From Amphiscolops sp. MND2022 (Eukaryota): 64,000 nucleotides of DNA. Under the pieces are notes generated by a model that saw nothing but the letters and a program-made list of their open reading frames with translations, made no database searches and was not told the DNA's origin. A program made the position numbers and the translations under genes. Below are positions 44,025 to 58,300 of the stretch, piece by piece (the first letter of the stretch is position 1; every line of letters starts with the position of its first letter). The DNA lies in contig OZ076409.1 of NCBI GenBank assembly GCA_964187785.1, positions 61,878,001-61,942,000 on the forward strand. Direction: 5' to 3'.

Positions 44025-45240
44025 CTAAAACCTTCTACCATCCGATTTATCATAGCCATATTTAAAGTAGTTTCGGAAAATATTTTTCAGTTTAGGCTTA
44101 AATGATGTCGTGTCGAAGAAGACAATCTCGAATTTTGATGATACGAACTTAGCCAGATTAACAACTCTGTTTATGAAAAAGCTGTCGGTGAACTTCAGTC
44201 TTGTTTTCATCTTAGAGAAGTTTTCGTGATGAAAATCGGGTGGCATAATCGCGGGGAGCTCCTCTGTAGAAAAGTCCTGAACATATCGGAGAATCGTTGA
44301 CAATACAATGATGTAGGAAAAAGAGGTCGTTCAACTGAAATAGCAAAGAAAAGGGAAGCAAATTGAGGGCTAATAGCCGATCCTTATAGTCATCTATAGG
44401 TCCAAACGAACGAATAAATTTATTTTGAAAGACTTCTAATTTCGATAAATCAGTCTTGTTGGGAAACCATAGGACTGATCCATAGGTGATTATTGGTAAG
44501 ATATAAAGTTTGTAAACTTGTGATTTTACATTAGCTGGTAAGGTAGTCGGTAAAGACCGCTTTAGCATCATGAATCGCGAGAAACTTTTTTTGATACGAA
44601 CATCGATGTGTGCTGACCATTTCAAATCAGACGTAAAATTGGTACCCAAATCTTTAATAGGGACCGTAGAAAACTCAATATCTTTAGAATCAAAGACACG
44701 TCTACAGAATTTTATAGCGATGAAGTGTAAACCATTGCAGTTCAGTTTTCGTGTTATTGAATTCCATTTTATTTGCTTTCGCCCAGTTATAAATCCTTAT
44801 GAGATCATTCTGGAGTTCAATGAGATCAGCATTTGAAATTTTCGAATCGTCTGCAAAGAGTAGCATTATTAAATTGACACAAACACAAGGCAAATCATTG
44901 ATGAATATTAAAAAATAAGAAAGGTCCAATAACAGAGCCTTGGGGGGAATTGAATGGAAGGGCAGTTGAGAGACAGTCGTCAATTTTAACTCGTTGTTCA
45001 CGATCTTCGAGATAACTTTTCAAGAGTTTGAGTATATTACCACCAATCCCAAAACTGGCAACCTGTTTCAATAAAATCTCATGATCAACACGATCAAACG
45101 CTTTGCTGAAATCAAGATAAACTGTGAAAACTTCATCTCCTCTGTCGAGGTTGTTGTATATGTAATCTAAGTGAATTGACAATTGCGATTGTATCGATTT
45201 GCGTTTCATGAACCCATGCTGTAAATGGGATACCTTTTTC
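44025..45240 (-). mobile_element. Degenerate CR1-like LINE, RT to 3' end
   Basis: QHGFMKRKS, VYLDFSKAFDRVDH, PQGSVIGP, LLFADDSKI, DLKWSAHID, FFINRVV. Confidence 0.85.
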
Positions 45241-46329
45241 GAACAGTGGGGATCCAGTGGGGACCATTCTGGCTCTGCTGAATAGTCTCTCCACAATGTT
45301 GATAGTCGGCGTCTAACAGAAATCGTTTTTTGAGAATAGCGTCTAAAGTTTTAGACGTTATTCCTGTTTCGAAAAAGGCTTAAAGGCTGGAAGCGAAAAT
45401 ATTAAAATGTGGGGCATATCCAATGAATGCACGCTGGCCCTCACCGTCGCAAAGACCAGCTCCCACTACGATCGCTTCGCGATCTCCGTTCCCGCTAGGT
45501 CTTTGCTCCTGTTCTTCCTCTTAGGAAGATGGGAACATAAGCGGCCCCAAGGGGCCGCGGGGCATTAGATGAAATTAGGAAACATCAGAGGCACGTTTTA
45601 TACCTAGTTCAAAATTCGAACACAGTGATTCGAACGTGTTCCGGTTTTTGGAAAGTTCGATCTTAGTCGATTCGAAGTCAAAATTCCAACTTATCCGTTC
45701 GAACTCAATACCGTGCCCACGCTAAGTCTTTGCTCCTGTTTGACCTCGCTTAGCAAGACGGGAACATAAGCGGCCCCAAGGGGCAGCGGGGCACTACAGG
45801 AAATGGGGACATATCTGAGGCACGTTTAAAACTTTGCATCAGTCCTACATTTTTGATTTTTGGTCTCAGGATCTTGTGCGAAGGATGTCCAGTTTGTAGA
45901 TATTGATGATCCAGTTTTTTAGAAAAAAATACACAAACTGGACCTCACTTCTCTACAAACTGGATCCTACAACCTGGTTTTCTACAAACTTCTTCCATAC
46001 CAAGTTATTGATTGCATATCAGTGAGATCGACAATCAGATCTTGTATCTTCAATTTTTCAGAAGGGTACGAGAGGAGCTCAGCGATCACCAGCACATCCC
46101 ATCATAGGAATCATTAGATTTTTAGCAACTGCACGCATCGTTGGATTATCATCTTTCACGTTGAACTTTTCTTCGCTCCTTGTTTTCTCGTAAAACCTAG
46201 GCGTTGGCTCTATGATTATATATATAAAATCTAAGAAAGAATGCCTCTATTTGCAGGCCTTGATTATACAAATATATGAAATTTACAAATGATCAAGATT
46301 TCTTTGCATCAGATGAGTTTTAGTTTTCA

Positions 46330-49300
46330 CAAATTACAGAAACGGGACGATTTTTTGATAGAATCCAACAGGTAAATCTTATCACTATGGCTTTTTTTTC
46401 TTATCAGTTCTGCAAAAGACCCAAATTTTATGTGCTCCTTTCTCAAAATATTGTAGAACTGCAGTAAAAAATAAAATGCGTAGACGTGTCCTCGTGGTTG
46501 CAGATACAGAGTGGTGACGATGTTCTTGATAATTGGTATTGAAAGTCTCGTAATTTGCATTGGTTTGTGAGCGTTTCAATATTCAATTTGGAAGCATGTT
46601 TGCTGAGAGATCTTGGTATCAATGGTTCTGTCGATTCTATTGCAGGGAATTCTGGCAATATATTTCTCAGTCGGCGATTCCATAATTCGAGTCTATTATG
46701 TTCACAGATTTTTTTCGAGTACTTTTCAACCGGGCGATACCTGAAAAATTGGCAAAACTTCGGAGGCTGGATTGTTTTGACCTCGATATTTTGCTATCGG
46801 AGTCTGATAAGACCCTTGAACACTATTCGGAGTCAAAACCGTTTTTATGAGCAAATTTAGCTTGTGATGATTGAATCTCAAGATGAATTGGACATTGACT
46901 ACATATGTTTTCCATTTTGGAGAACTCGTGTTTGTATTTGGTATTTGAAAATTTCGATAATATCTTGTACTATGAGCTGCTTGTTCTGAATGCAATGGGA
47001 TTCGCCCAAATATGACTCAAGAATGTCCACACGGGGATTGCCTCGCAATTCAATAGCTTCAAAATGGTGGAAGGCGTGATGAATTGATTCTGTACGAGAG
47101 GTTCCAAAACTCCCAAGGCTTTTTCTGCATTTCTTGAACATTTCTCGAATTGTGCTCGAAATATCAATTTGTTATTGATTGTGATACCGTGCGCCGTTGA
47201 CTCTGTCCCGAATTTTATCGTGGTTCCTTGCAACACTATATTATTTGTAAATTCTCGGATTTCTTCACGGCTACTTGAAAAAATGACAACTTCTGTTTCC
47301 GGAACCGAGACTTTAAGACGCCACTTTCCAATCCATTTTGTAATTTCCTCGCAATCTTCTGGGAGATAAGAAAGACCTTCTTCCGTATGTGTGTGGAGCC
47401 TGCTGAAACATGTGTGGCGTCATCAGCGTTTTTTTCAGTTTTACCTTTGCATTCTTGGAACATTTCTGCAATATAGAAGTTAAATAAAATTGGAGCGAGA
47501 ATGCTTTCTTGAGGGAGACCAACTTCTGGCTTGAAGCTTTTTGATCGGTTCTCGCCTATTTCGATGTAAACAATTCTGTTTCGAAGATAATAGTCAATGA
47601 TGTTCAGAATGTAGCTGTTTATTCCTGCTTCACGGAGTTTATACATGAGGCCGTCAATCCAAATCGAGTCGAATGCTTTCTTGGGGTCGATGAAAGGAGC
47701 AGCCGCTACTTTTTTGCCCAATATTATTTTGATTACTGCCTATGAGTTTGTAATTGCATCTACCAGTGCCTCTCCGCTTTCTGAATCCTTCTTGGCTGTC
47801 ATCGATGAGCCCTTTTGCCTCCAAGTCATTTCGCAATCGTTTCTCTATTATGCGTTCAAACAGCTTTGCTACGTAGGGAGTGAGTGTATTTGGTCTGTAA
47901 CTGTTTGCGATATTATTGTCTTCTTTGTGAGGTTTTCAAATAAAAATGACTTTTCCTAAATTCCAAATGTAGGTGCCTGCATGTAAACAGAGGTTAAAAA
48001 GCTTGAGACAGGCAATTTTGAAGAAGGTTCCGGTGTGACGAAGCATGAGTGGATGTATGCCATCTGGGTCGGAGGACTTCGTGCTTGTTTGACATTCCTT
48101 CAGAGCTTTGTCAAGTTCTTTTGCGCTTATCTGTATGCTCATAATCCGGATGAAAGTTTGCCGTGAGTTTGTCTTCGACATTTCTCAGCCAAGATTCGTC
48201 AAGCATTTTTCCTTGGAGGTGACTGTCGGAGCAAAACGTAGAGCGAAGATGTTCAAATTTATCAGCGTTACTATATAGAACTTTGCCATTTGAAATCAGA
48301 CATTCCTTTGGTATTGTTTCTCTGGTACGAGTATACAAATATTTGGCTTTCTAGAAATCTGAGCCCTTGCTGGCATTTAGGGTTTCTGCACAAGTTTTAT
48401 AATGCTCAGCTTTGGACTTCATCAAGGTAGTCTGAAAATGTTGTTTGAGGGTTTCAAAATTGAAGGTGTTTATGGGGTCAGATCTGATTTTCGTTCTTTT
48501 CCTCGCTTTTCGCAGTTGAAGTGAAAGCATTTTCAACTCTTCATAAAAATATGGCTTTGAGTGTGAAGTGATTTGCTTGAGATGTATAGTAAGATTGGCT
48601 GCTTCGCTGACACATTTCAGCAAGATGTCCCATAGTCATGTAGCATCATAGCATTCGTCAAATTCAGGCCATCACGTTTAAACGCAATTTTTCAAGGGTT
48701 TCTCTCCTTTTTTCCCAATCGGTTTTCTTGAAGTCTTTTACATGAGTGGATCTGCTGTTTCCTGCGATGTTGAATATGGCAATAACTGGGCAATGGCCTC
48801 TTTTTGGGGCGCCAGTGTACATTTCAGTGTAATAGTCTATTGCGAGGCCGCAAAAAAGCCTGTATAGATTGGCGTTGCATAAAACCAAGTCGATTACACT
48901 TTTTCCGTTTGTGCATATGAATGTGGGCTCCCCATCATTAAGAGCAATGAGTTCTTCTTGTTGTAGGAAATCGTTCAAAATTTCCCCTTGAGAATTGTTT
49001 TGTTGCCCCAGCTTGGGTGTCTTGCATTGAAGTCGCCAAGTAGAAGAAAATTGGACACGCCCAAATCTTCTCCATTTTTTATTGCTAATCTAATTTCATA
49101 GACAACTCTTTTCAAGTCTTCTATACTATTTGAACGGCAGTAAACTCCCCCTACTAGAATGCTTTTCGTCGAGACGTTACAAATTGCCCAAATAGAATGC
49201 TGGATTTCGATTTCAAGATTAAAAACGCTCGGCTTGATGTTGACATCGAGAGCTAAAAGAACTCCCACTGATTGATCAGGGTTTGAAAAAGAATTGTTTG

Positions 49301-52300
49301 GGATGGTTGAATATCCAGGAAAGTAGTGTACTTCTGTATTTTGTTTATTCGTCTCCGTTACGCAGGAGATCTGCACACTCTTCGTTAACATATATTGATG
49401 GACGATTTCATAGGAATGCTTTGAAAGTCCATTTATGTTGACCGAAAGTCCATTTATGTATTCCATTTTGGTGAGCTCGTGTTTGTATTTGGTATTTGAA
49501 GATTTCGATAATATCTTGTACCATAAGGTGTTTGTTGTGGATGCAATGGGATTCGCCCAAATATGACTCAAGAATGTCCACACGGGGATTGCCACGCAAT
49601 TCATTAGCTTCAAAATGGTGGAAGGCGTGATGAATTGATTCTGTTCAAGAGGTTCCAAAACTCCCAAGGTTTTTTCTGCTTTTCTTGAACATTTCTCGAA
49701 TTGTGCCCGAAAATTCAATTTGTTATTGATTGTGATACCGTGCGCCGTTGACTCTGTCGCGAATTTTATCGTGTTTCCTTGCAACACTATATTCTTTGTA
49801 GATTCTCGGAATTCTTCACGGATACTTGAAAAGATGACAATTTTTGGTTTCGGCCCCGAGATTTCAAGACGCTACGTTCCAATCCATTTTGTACTTTCGT
49901 GGCAATCTTTCTGGGGATGCGAAAGAGTTTCTTCTATCGAGTCGCCTGCTGAAACATTTGTGGCGTCATCAGCGTACTTTTCAGTTTTACCTTTGCGTTC
50001 TTGGAACATTCTGCAATGTAGAAGATAAATAAAACTGGAGCGAGAATGCTTTCTTGAGGGTGGCCAACTTCTGGCTCGAAGCTTTTTGATCGGCTCTCGC
50101 CTATTTCGATGCAAACGATTCTGTTTCGAAGATAATAGTCAATGATGTTCAGATTGTAGCTGTTTATTCCTGCTTCACGGAGTTTATACATGAGGCCGTC
50201 AATCCAAATCGAGTCGAATAATTTCTCAAGGTCGATGAAAGGAGCAGCCGCTACTTTTCTTCGCTCAATATTATTTTGAATATTGTCTATGAGTTTGTAA
50301 ATGCATCTACCAGTGCCTCTTCGCTTTCTGAATCCTTCTTGGCTGTCATCGATGAGCCCTTTTGCCTCCAAGTCATTTCTCAATCGTCTCTCTATTATGC
50401 GTTCAAACAGCTTTCCTACGTAGGAAGTGAGTGTATTTGGTCTGTAACTGTTTGCGATATTATTGTCTTCTTTGTGAGGTTTCTGGAGGAAAATGACTTT
50501 GCCTAAATTCCAAATGTAGGTGCCTGCATGTAAACAGAGGTTAAAAAGCTCGAGACAGGCAATTTTGAAAAAAGTTCCGGTGTGACGAAGCATGCGTGGA
50601 TGTATGCCATCTGGGTCGGAGGACTTCATGCTTGTTTGAGATTCCGTCAGAGCTTTATCAAGCTCTTTTTCGCTTATCTGTATGCTCGGTTGTTGCACAT
50701 AATCCGGATGAAAGTTTGCCGTGAGTTTGTCATCGACATTTCTCAGCCAAGATTTGTCAAACATTTTTCCGTGGAGGGGACTGTCGGAGCAAAACGTAGA
50801 GCGAAGATGTTCAAATTTATCAGCGTTACTATATAGAACTTTGCCATTTGAAATTAGACATTCCTTTGGTATTGTTTCTCTGGTACGAGTAAACAAATAT
50901 TTGGCTTTCCAGAAATCTGAGCCCTTGCTGGCATTTAGGGTTTCTGCACAAGTTTTATAATGCTCAGCTTTGGACTCCATCAAGGTAGTCTGAAAATGTT
51001 GTTTGAGCGTTTCAAAATTGAAGGTGTTTATGGGGTCTGATCTGATTTTCATTATTTTCCTCGCTTTTCGGAGTTGAAGTGAAATCATTTTCAACTCTTC
51101 ATTAAAGTAAGGCTTTGAGTGTGAAGTTATTTGCTTGAGATGTATAGTAAGATTGGCTGCTTCGCTGATACATTTCAGCAAGATGTCCCATAGTCATGTA
51201 GCATCATAGCAATCGTCAATTTCAGGCCATCACATTTGAACGCAATTTTTCTAGGGTTTCCCTCCATTTTTCCCAATCGGTTTCCTTGAGGTCTTTTACA
51301 TGAGTGGATCTGCTGTTTCCTGCGATGTTGAATGTGGCAATAACTGGGCAATGGCCTCTGTTTGGGGCACCAGTGTACATTTCAGTGTAATAGTCTATTG
51401 CGAGGCCGCAAAAAAGCCTGTGTAGATTGGCGTTGCATAAAGTCAAGTCGATTACACTTTTTCCGTTTGTGCATATGAATGTGGGCTCCCCATCGTTAAG
51501 AGCAATGAGTTCTTCTTGTTGTAGGAAATGGTTCAAAATTTCCCCTTGAGAATTGTTTTGTCGCCCCAGCTTGTGTTTCTTGCATTGAAGTCGCCAAGTA
51601 GAAGAAAATTGGACACGCCCAAATCTTCTCCATTTTTTATTGCTAATCAAATTTCATAGACAACTCTTTTCAAGTCTTCTATACTATTTGAACGGCAGTA
51701 AACTCCCCCTACTAGAATGCTTTTCGTCGAGACGTTACAAATTGCCCAAGTAGAATGCTGGATCCCGATTTCAAGATTACAAACGCTCGGCTCGATGTTG
51801 ACATCGAGAGCTAAAAGAACTCCCACTGATTGATCAGGGTTTGAAGAAGAATTGTTTGGTATGGTTGAAAATCCAGGAAAGTCGTGTACTTCTCTATTTT
51901 GTTTATTCGTCTCCGTTACGAAGGAGATCTGCACACTGTTCCTTAACATATATTGGTGTACGATTTCATAGGAATGCTTTGAAAGTCCATTTATGTTGAC
52001 CGAAAGTCCATTTATGTATTCCATTTTGGTGAGCGCGTGTTTTTATTTGGTATTCGAAGATTTCGATAATATCTTGTACCAAAAGGTGTTTGTTGTGGAT
52101 GCAATGGGATTCGCCCAAATATGACTCAAGAATGTCCACACGGGGATTGCCACGCAATTCATTAGCTTCAAAATGGTGAAAGGCGTGATGAATTGATTCT
52201 GTGCAAGAGGTTCCAAAACTCCCAAGGCTTTTTCTGCTTTTCTTGAACAATTCTCGAATTGTGCTCGAAAATTCATTTTGTTATTGATTGTGATACCGTG

Positions 52301-55300
52301 CGCCGTTGACTCTGTCGCGAGATTTATCGTATTTCCTTGCAACACTATATTCTTTGTAGATTCTTGGAATTCTTCACGGATACTTGAAAAGATGACAATT
52401 TTTGTTTTCGGCCCCGAGATTTTACGACGCTACTTTCCAATCCATTCTGTACTTTTGTCGCAATCTTTTTGGGGATGCGAAAGAGTTTCTTCCATCGAGT
52501 CGCCTGCTGAAACATGTGTGGCGTCATCAGCGTACTTTTCAGTTTTACCTTTGCATTCTTGGAACATATCTGCAATGTAGAAGGTAAGCAAAATTGGAGA
52601 GAGATTGCTTTCTTGAGGGAGGCCAACTTCTGGCTTGAAGCTTTTTGATCGGTTCTCGCCTATTTCGATGTAAACGATTCTGTTTCGAAGATAATAGTCA
52701 ATGATGTTCAGAATGTAGCTGTTTATTCCTGCTTCACGGAGTTTATACATGAGGCCGTCAATCCAAATCGGGTTGAATGCTTTCTCGAGGTCGATGAAAG
52801 GAGCAGCCGCTACTTTTTTTCGCTCAATATTGTTTTGAACATTGTCTATGAGTTTGTAAATGCATCTACCAGTGCCTCTACGCTTTCTGAATCCTTCTTG
52901 GCTGTCATCGATGAGCCCTTTTGCCTCCAAGTCATTTCTCAATCGTCTCTCTATTATGCGTTCAAACATCTTTCCTACGTTAGAAGTGAGTGTATTCGGT
53001 CTGTAACTGTTTGCGATATTATTGTCTTCTTTGTGAGGTTTCTGGAGGAAAATGACTTTGCCTAAACTCCAAATGTAGGTGCCTGCATGTAAACAGAGGT
53101 TAAAAAGCTCGAGACAGGCATCTTTGAAAAAAGTTCCGGTGTGACGAAGCATGCGTGGATGTATGCCATCTGGGTCGGAGGACTTCATGCTTGTTTGAGA
53201 TTCCGTCAGAGCTTTGTCAAGCTCTTTTTCGCTTATCTGTATGCTCGGTGGTTGCACATAATCCGGATGAAAGTTTGCCGTGAGTTTGTCTTCGACATTT
53301 CTCAGCCAAGATTTGTCAAATATTTTTCCGTGGAGGTGACTGTCGGAGCAAAACGTAGAGCGAAGATGTTCAAATTTATCAGCGTTACTATATAGAACTT
53401 TGCCATTTGAAATCAGACATTCCTTTGGTATTGTTTCTCTGGTACGAGTAAACAAATATTTGGCTTTCCAGAAATCTGAGCCCTTGCTGGCATTTAGGGT
53501 TTCTGCACAAGTTTTATAATGCTCAGCTTTGGACTTCATCAAGGTAGTCTGAAAATGTTGTTTGAGGGTTTCAAAATTGAAGGTGTTTATGGGGCCCGAT
53601 CTGATTTTCTTTATTTTCATCGCTTTTCGGAGTTGAAGTGAAAGCATTTTCAACTCTTCATTAAAGTATGGCTATGAGTGTGAAGTGATTTGCTTGAGAT
53701 GTATAGTAAGATTGGCTGCTTCGCTGATAATTTGCAGCAAGATGTCCCATAATCATGTAGCATCACAGCATTCGTCAATTTCAGGCCATCATGTTTGAAG
53801 GCAATTTTTCTAGGGTTCCTCTCCTTTTTTCCCAATCAGTTTTCTTGAAGTCTTTTATATGAGTGGATCTGCTGTTTCCTGCGATGTTGAATATGGCAAT
53901 AACTGGGCAATGGCCTCTGTTTGGGGCGCCAGTGTACATTTCAGTTTAATAGTCTATTGCGAGGCCGCAAAAAAGCCTGTATAGATTGGCGTTGCATAAA
54001 ACCAAGTCGATTACACTTTTTCCGTTTGTGCATATGAATGTGGGCTCCCCATCATTAGGAGCAATGAGTTCTTCTTGCCGTAGGAAATCGTTCATAATTT
54101 CACCTTGAGAATTGTTTTCTCGCCCCAGCTTGGGTGTCTTGCATTGAAGTCGCCAAGTAGAAGAAAATTGGACACGTCCAAATATTTTCCATTTTTTATT
54201 GCTAATCTAATTTCATAGACAACTCTTTTCAAGTCTTCTATACTATTTGAACGGCAGTAAACTCCCCCTACGAAAATGCTTTTTGTCGAGACGTTACAAA
54301 TTGCCCAAGTAGAATGCTGGATCCCGATTTCAAGATTACAAACGCTCGGCTTGATGTTGACACCGAGAGCTAAAAGAACTCCCACTGATTGATCAGGGTT
54401 TGAAGAGGAATTGTTTGGTATGGTTTAATATCCAGGAAAGTCGGGTACGTCTGTATTTTGTTTATTCTTCACCGTTACGCAGGAGATCTGCACACTGTTC
54501 GTAACATATATTTGTGGAAAATTTCATAGGATGCTTTGAAAGTCCATTTATGTTGACCGAAAGTCCATTTATGTATTCCATTTTGGTGAGCTCGTGTTTG
54601 TATCTGGTATTTGAAGATTTCGATAATATCTTGTACCATAAGGTGTTTGTTGTGGATGCAATGGGATTGGCCCAAATATGACTCAGGTATGTCCACACGG
54701 GGATCACCACGCAATTCATTGGCTTCAAAATAGTGGAAGGCGTGATGAATTGATTCTGTACAAGAGGTTCCAAAACTCCCAAGGCTTTTTCTGCTTTTCT
54801 TGAACATTTCTCGAATTGTGCTCGAAAATTCATTTTGTTATTGATTGTGATACCGTGCGCCGTTGACTCTGTCGCGAGATTTATCGTATTTCCTTGCAAC
54901 ACTATATTCTTTGTAGATTCTTGGAATTCTTCACGGATACTTGAAAAGATGACAATTTTTGATTTCGGCCCCGAGATTTTAAGACGCTACTTTCCAATCC
55001 ATTTTGTACTTTCGTCGCAATCTTTCTGGGGATGCGAAAGAGTTTCTTCCATCGAGTCGCCTGCAGAAACATTTGTGGCGTCATCAGCGTACTTTTCAGT
55101 TTTACCTTTGCATTCTTGGAACATATCTGCAATGTAGAAGGTAAGCAAAATTGGAGAGAGAATGCTTTCTTGAGGGAGGCCAACTTCTGGCTTGAAGCTT
55201 TTTGACCGGTTCTCGCCTATTTCGATGTAAACGATTCTGTTTCGAAGATAATAGTCAATGATGTTCAGAATGTAGCTGTTTATTCCTGCTTCACGGAGTT

Positions 55301-58300
55301 TATACATGAGGCCGTCAATCCAAATCGGGTTGAATGCTTTCTCGAGGTCGATGAAAGGAGCAGCCGCTACTTTTTTTCGCTCAATAATGTTTTGAACATT
55401 GTCTATGAGTTTGTAAATGCATCTACCAGTGCCTCTACGCTTTCTGAATCCTTCTTGGCTGTCATCGATGAGTCCTTTAGCCTCCAATTCATTTCTCAAT
55501 CGTCTCTCTATTATGCGTTCAAACAGCTTTCCTACGTTAGAAGTGAGTGTATTTGGTCTGTAACTGTTTGCGATATTATTGTCTTCTTTGTGAGGTTTCT
55601 GGAGGAAAATGACTTTGCCTAAATTCCAAATGTAGGTGCCTGCATGTAAACAGAGGTTAAAAAGCTCGAGACAGGCAATTTTGAAAAAAGTTCCGGTGTG
55701 ACGAAGCATGCGTGGATGTATGCCATCTGGGTCGGAGGACTTCATGCTTGTTTGAGATTCCGTCAGAGCTTTGTCAAGCTCTTTTTCGCTTATCTGTATG
55801 CTCGGTTGTTGCACATAATCCGGATGAAAGTTTGCCGTGAGTTTGTCATCGACATTTCTCAGCCAAGATTCGTCAAACATTTTTCCGTGGAGGGGACTGT
55901 CGGAGCAAAACGTAGAGCGAAGATGTTCAAATTTATCAGCGTTACTATATAGAACTTTGCCATTTGAAATCAGACATTCCTTTGGTATTGTTTCTCTGGT
56001 ACGAGTAAACAAATATTTGGCTTTCCAGAAATCTGAGCCCTTGCTGGCATTTAGGGTTTCTGCACAAGTTTTATAATGCTCAGCTTTGGACTCCATCAAG
56101 GTAGTCTGAAAATGTTGTTTGAGCGTTTCAAAATTGAAGGTGTTTATGGGGTCCGATCTGATTTTCATTATTTTCCTCGCTTTTCGGAGTTGAAGTGAAA
56201 GCATTTTCAACTCTTCATTAAAGTAAGGCTTTGAGTGTGAAGTTATTTGCTTGAGATGTATAGTAAGATTGGCTGCTTCGCTGATACATTTCAGCAAGAT
56301 GTCCCATAGTCATGTAGCATCATAGCAATCGTCAATTTCAGGCCATCACGTTTGAACGCAATTTTTCTAGGGTTTCCCTCCATTTTTCCCAATTGGTTTC
56401 CTTGAGGTCTTTTACATGAGTGGATCTGCTGTTTCCTGCGATGTTGAATGTGGCAATAACTGGGCAATGGCCTCTGTTTGGGGCGCCAGTGTACATTTCA
56501 GAGTAATAGTTTATTGCGAGGCCGCAAAAAAGCCTGTATAGATTGGCGTTGCATAAAACCAAATCGATTACACTTTTTCCGTTTGTGCATATGAATGTGG
56601 GCTCCCCATCGTTAAGAGCAATGAGTTCTTCTTGTTGTAGGAAATGGTTCAAAATTTCCCCTTGAGAATTGTTTTGTCGCCCCAGCTTGGGTGTCTTGCA
56701 TTGAAGTCGCCAAGTAGAAGAAAATTGGACACGCCCAAATCTTCTCCATTTTTTATTGCTAATCTAATTTCATAGACAACTTTTTTCAAGTCTTTTATAC
56801 TATTTGAACGGCAGTAAACTCCCCCTACTAGAATGCTTTTCGTCGAGACGTTACAAATTGCCCAAGTAGAATGCTGGATTTCGATTTCAAGATTAAAAAC
56901 GCTCGGCTTGATGTTGACATCGAGAGCTAAAAGAACTCCCACTGGTTGATCAGGGTTTGAAGAGGAGTTGTTTGGTATGGTTAATTATCCAGGAAAGTCG
57001 GGTACTTCTGTATTTTGTTTATTCGTCTCCGTGACGCAGGAGATCTGCACACTGTTCGTTAACATATATTGGTGGACGATTTCATAGGAATGCTTTGAAA
57101 GTCCTTTTATGTTGACCGAAAGTACATTTATGTATTCCATTTTGGTGAGCTCGTGTTTGTATTTGGTACTTGAAGATTTCGATAATATCTTGTACCATAA
57201 GCTGCTTATTGTGAATGCAAAGGGATTAGCCCAAATAAGACTCAGGTATGTCCACACGGGGATCACCACGCAATTCATTAGCTTCAAAATGGTGGAAGGC
57301 GTGATGAATTGATTCTGTACAGGAGGTTCTAAAACTCCCATGGCCTTTTCTGCTTCTCTAGAACACTTCTCGAATTTTGCTCGAAAATTCAATTTGTTAT
57401 CGATTGTAATCCCGAGTGCTGTTGATTCTGTCGCGAATTTCATCGTTTTTCCTTGCAATACTATATTCTCTGTAGATTCTCGGATTTCTTCACGTATACT
57501 TGAAAAGATGACAACTTATGATTTCGGCCACAAGATTTCAAGACGCTACTTTCCAACACATTTTGTAATTTTCTCGCAAGCTTTCTGGGGATGAGGGATG
57601 CGAAAGAGTTTCTTTCATCGAGTCGCCTGTTGAAACATGTGTGGCGTCATCGTAGTACTTTTCAGTTTTACCTTTGGAATAATTCTTCAATGTAGCAGAT
57701 AAATACAATTGGAGAGAGTGCTTCCTTGAGGGAGGCCAACTTATGACTTGAAGCCTTCTGATCGGTTCTCGCCTATTTCGATGTAAATGTTTCTGTTTCG
57801 GAGATACTGGTCAACGATGTTCAGAATGTAGCAGTTGGTTACTGCTGCACGGAGTTGTTTATACATGAGACCGTCAATCTAAATCGAGTTGAATGCTTTC
57901 TCGAGGTCGATGAAAATGCAGCCGCTACTTTTATTTGCTCAATAATATTTTGAAAATTGTCTATGAGTTTGTAAATGTATCTACCAGTGGCTCTCCGCTT
58001 TCTGAATCCTTCGTGGCTGTCATCGATCAGCTCTTTCGCTTCCAAGTCATTTCTCAATCGTCTCTCTAATATGCGTTCAAACCGCTTTCCTACGTAGGAA
58101 GTGAGTGTAAATAATTTGTAACTGTTCGCGATATTATAATATTCTTTGAGAGGATTTTCGAGGAAAATGACTTTGCCTAAATCCCAAATAAAGGTGCCTG
58201 CAAGTAAACAGAGGTTAAAAAGCTTGAAACAGGCAATTTTGAAGAAAGTTCCGGTGTTTTTTTCGCTCAATATTGTTTTGAACATTGTCTATGAGTTTGT

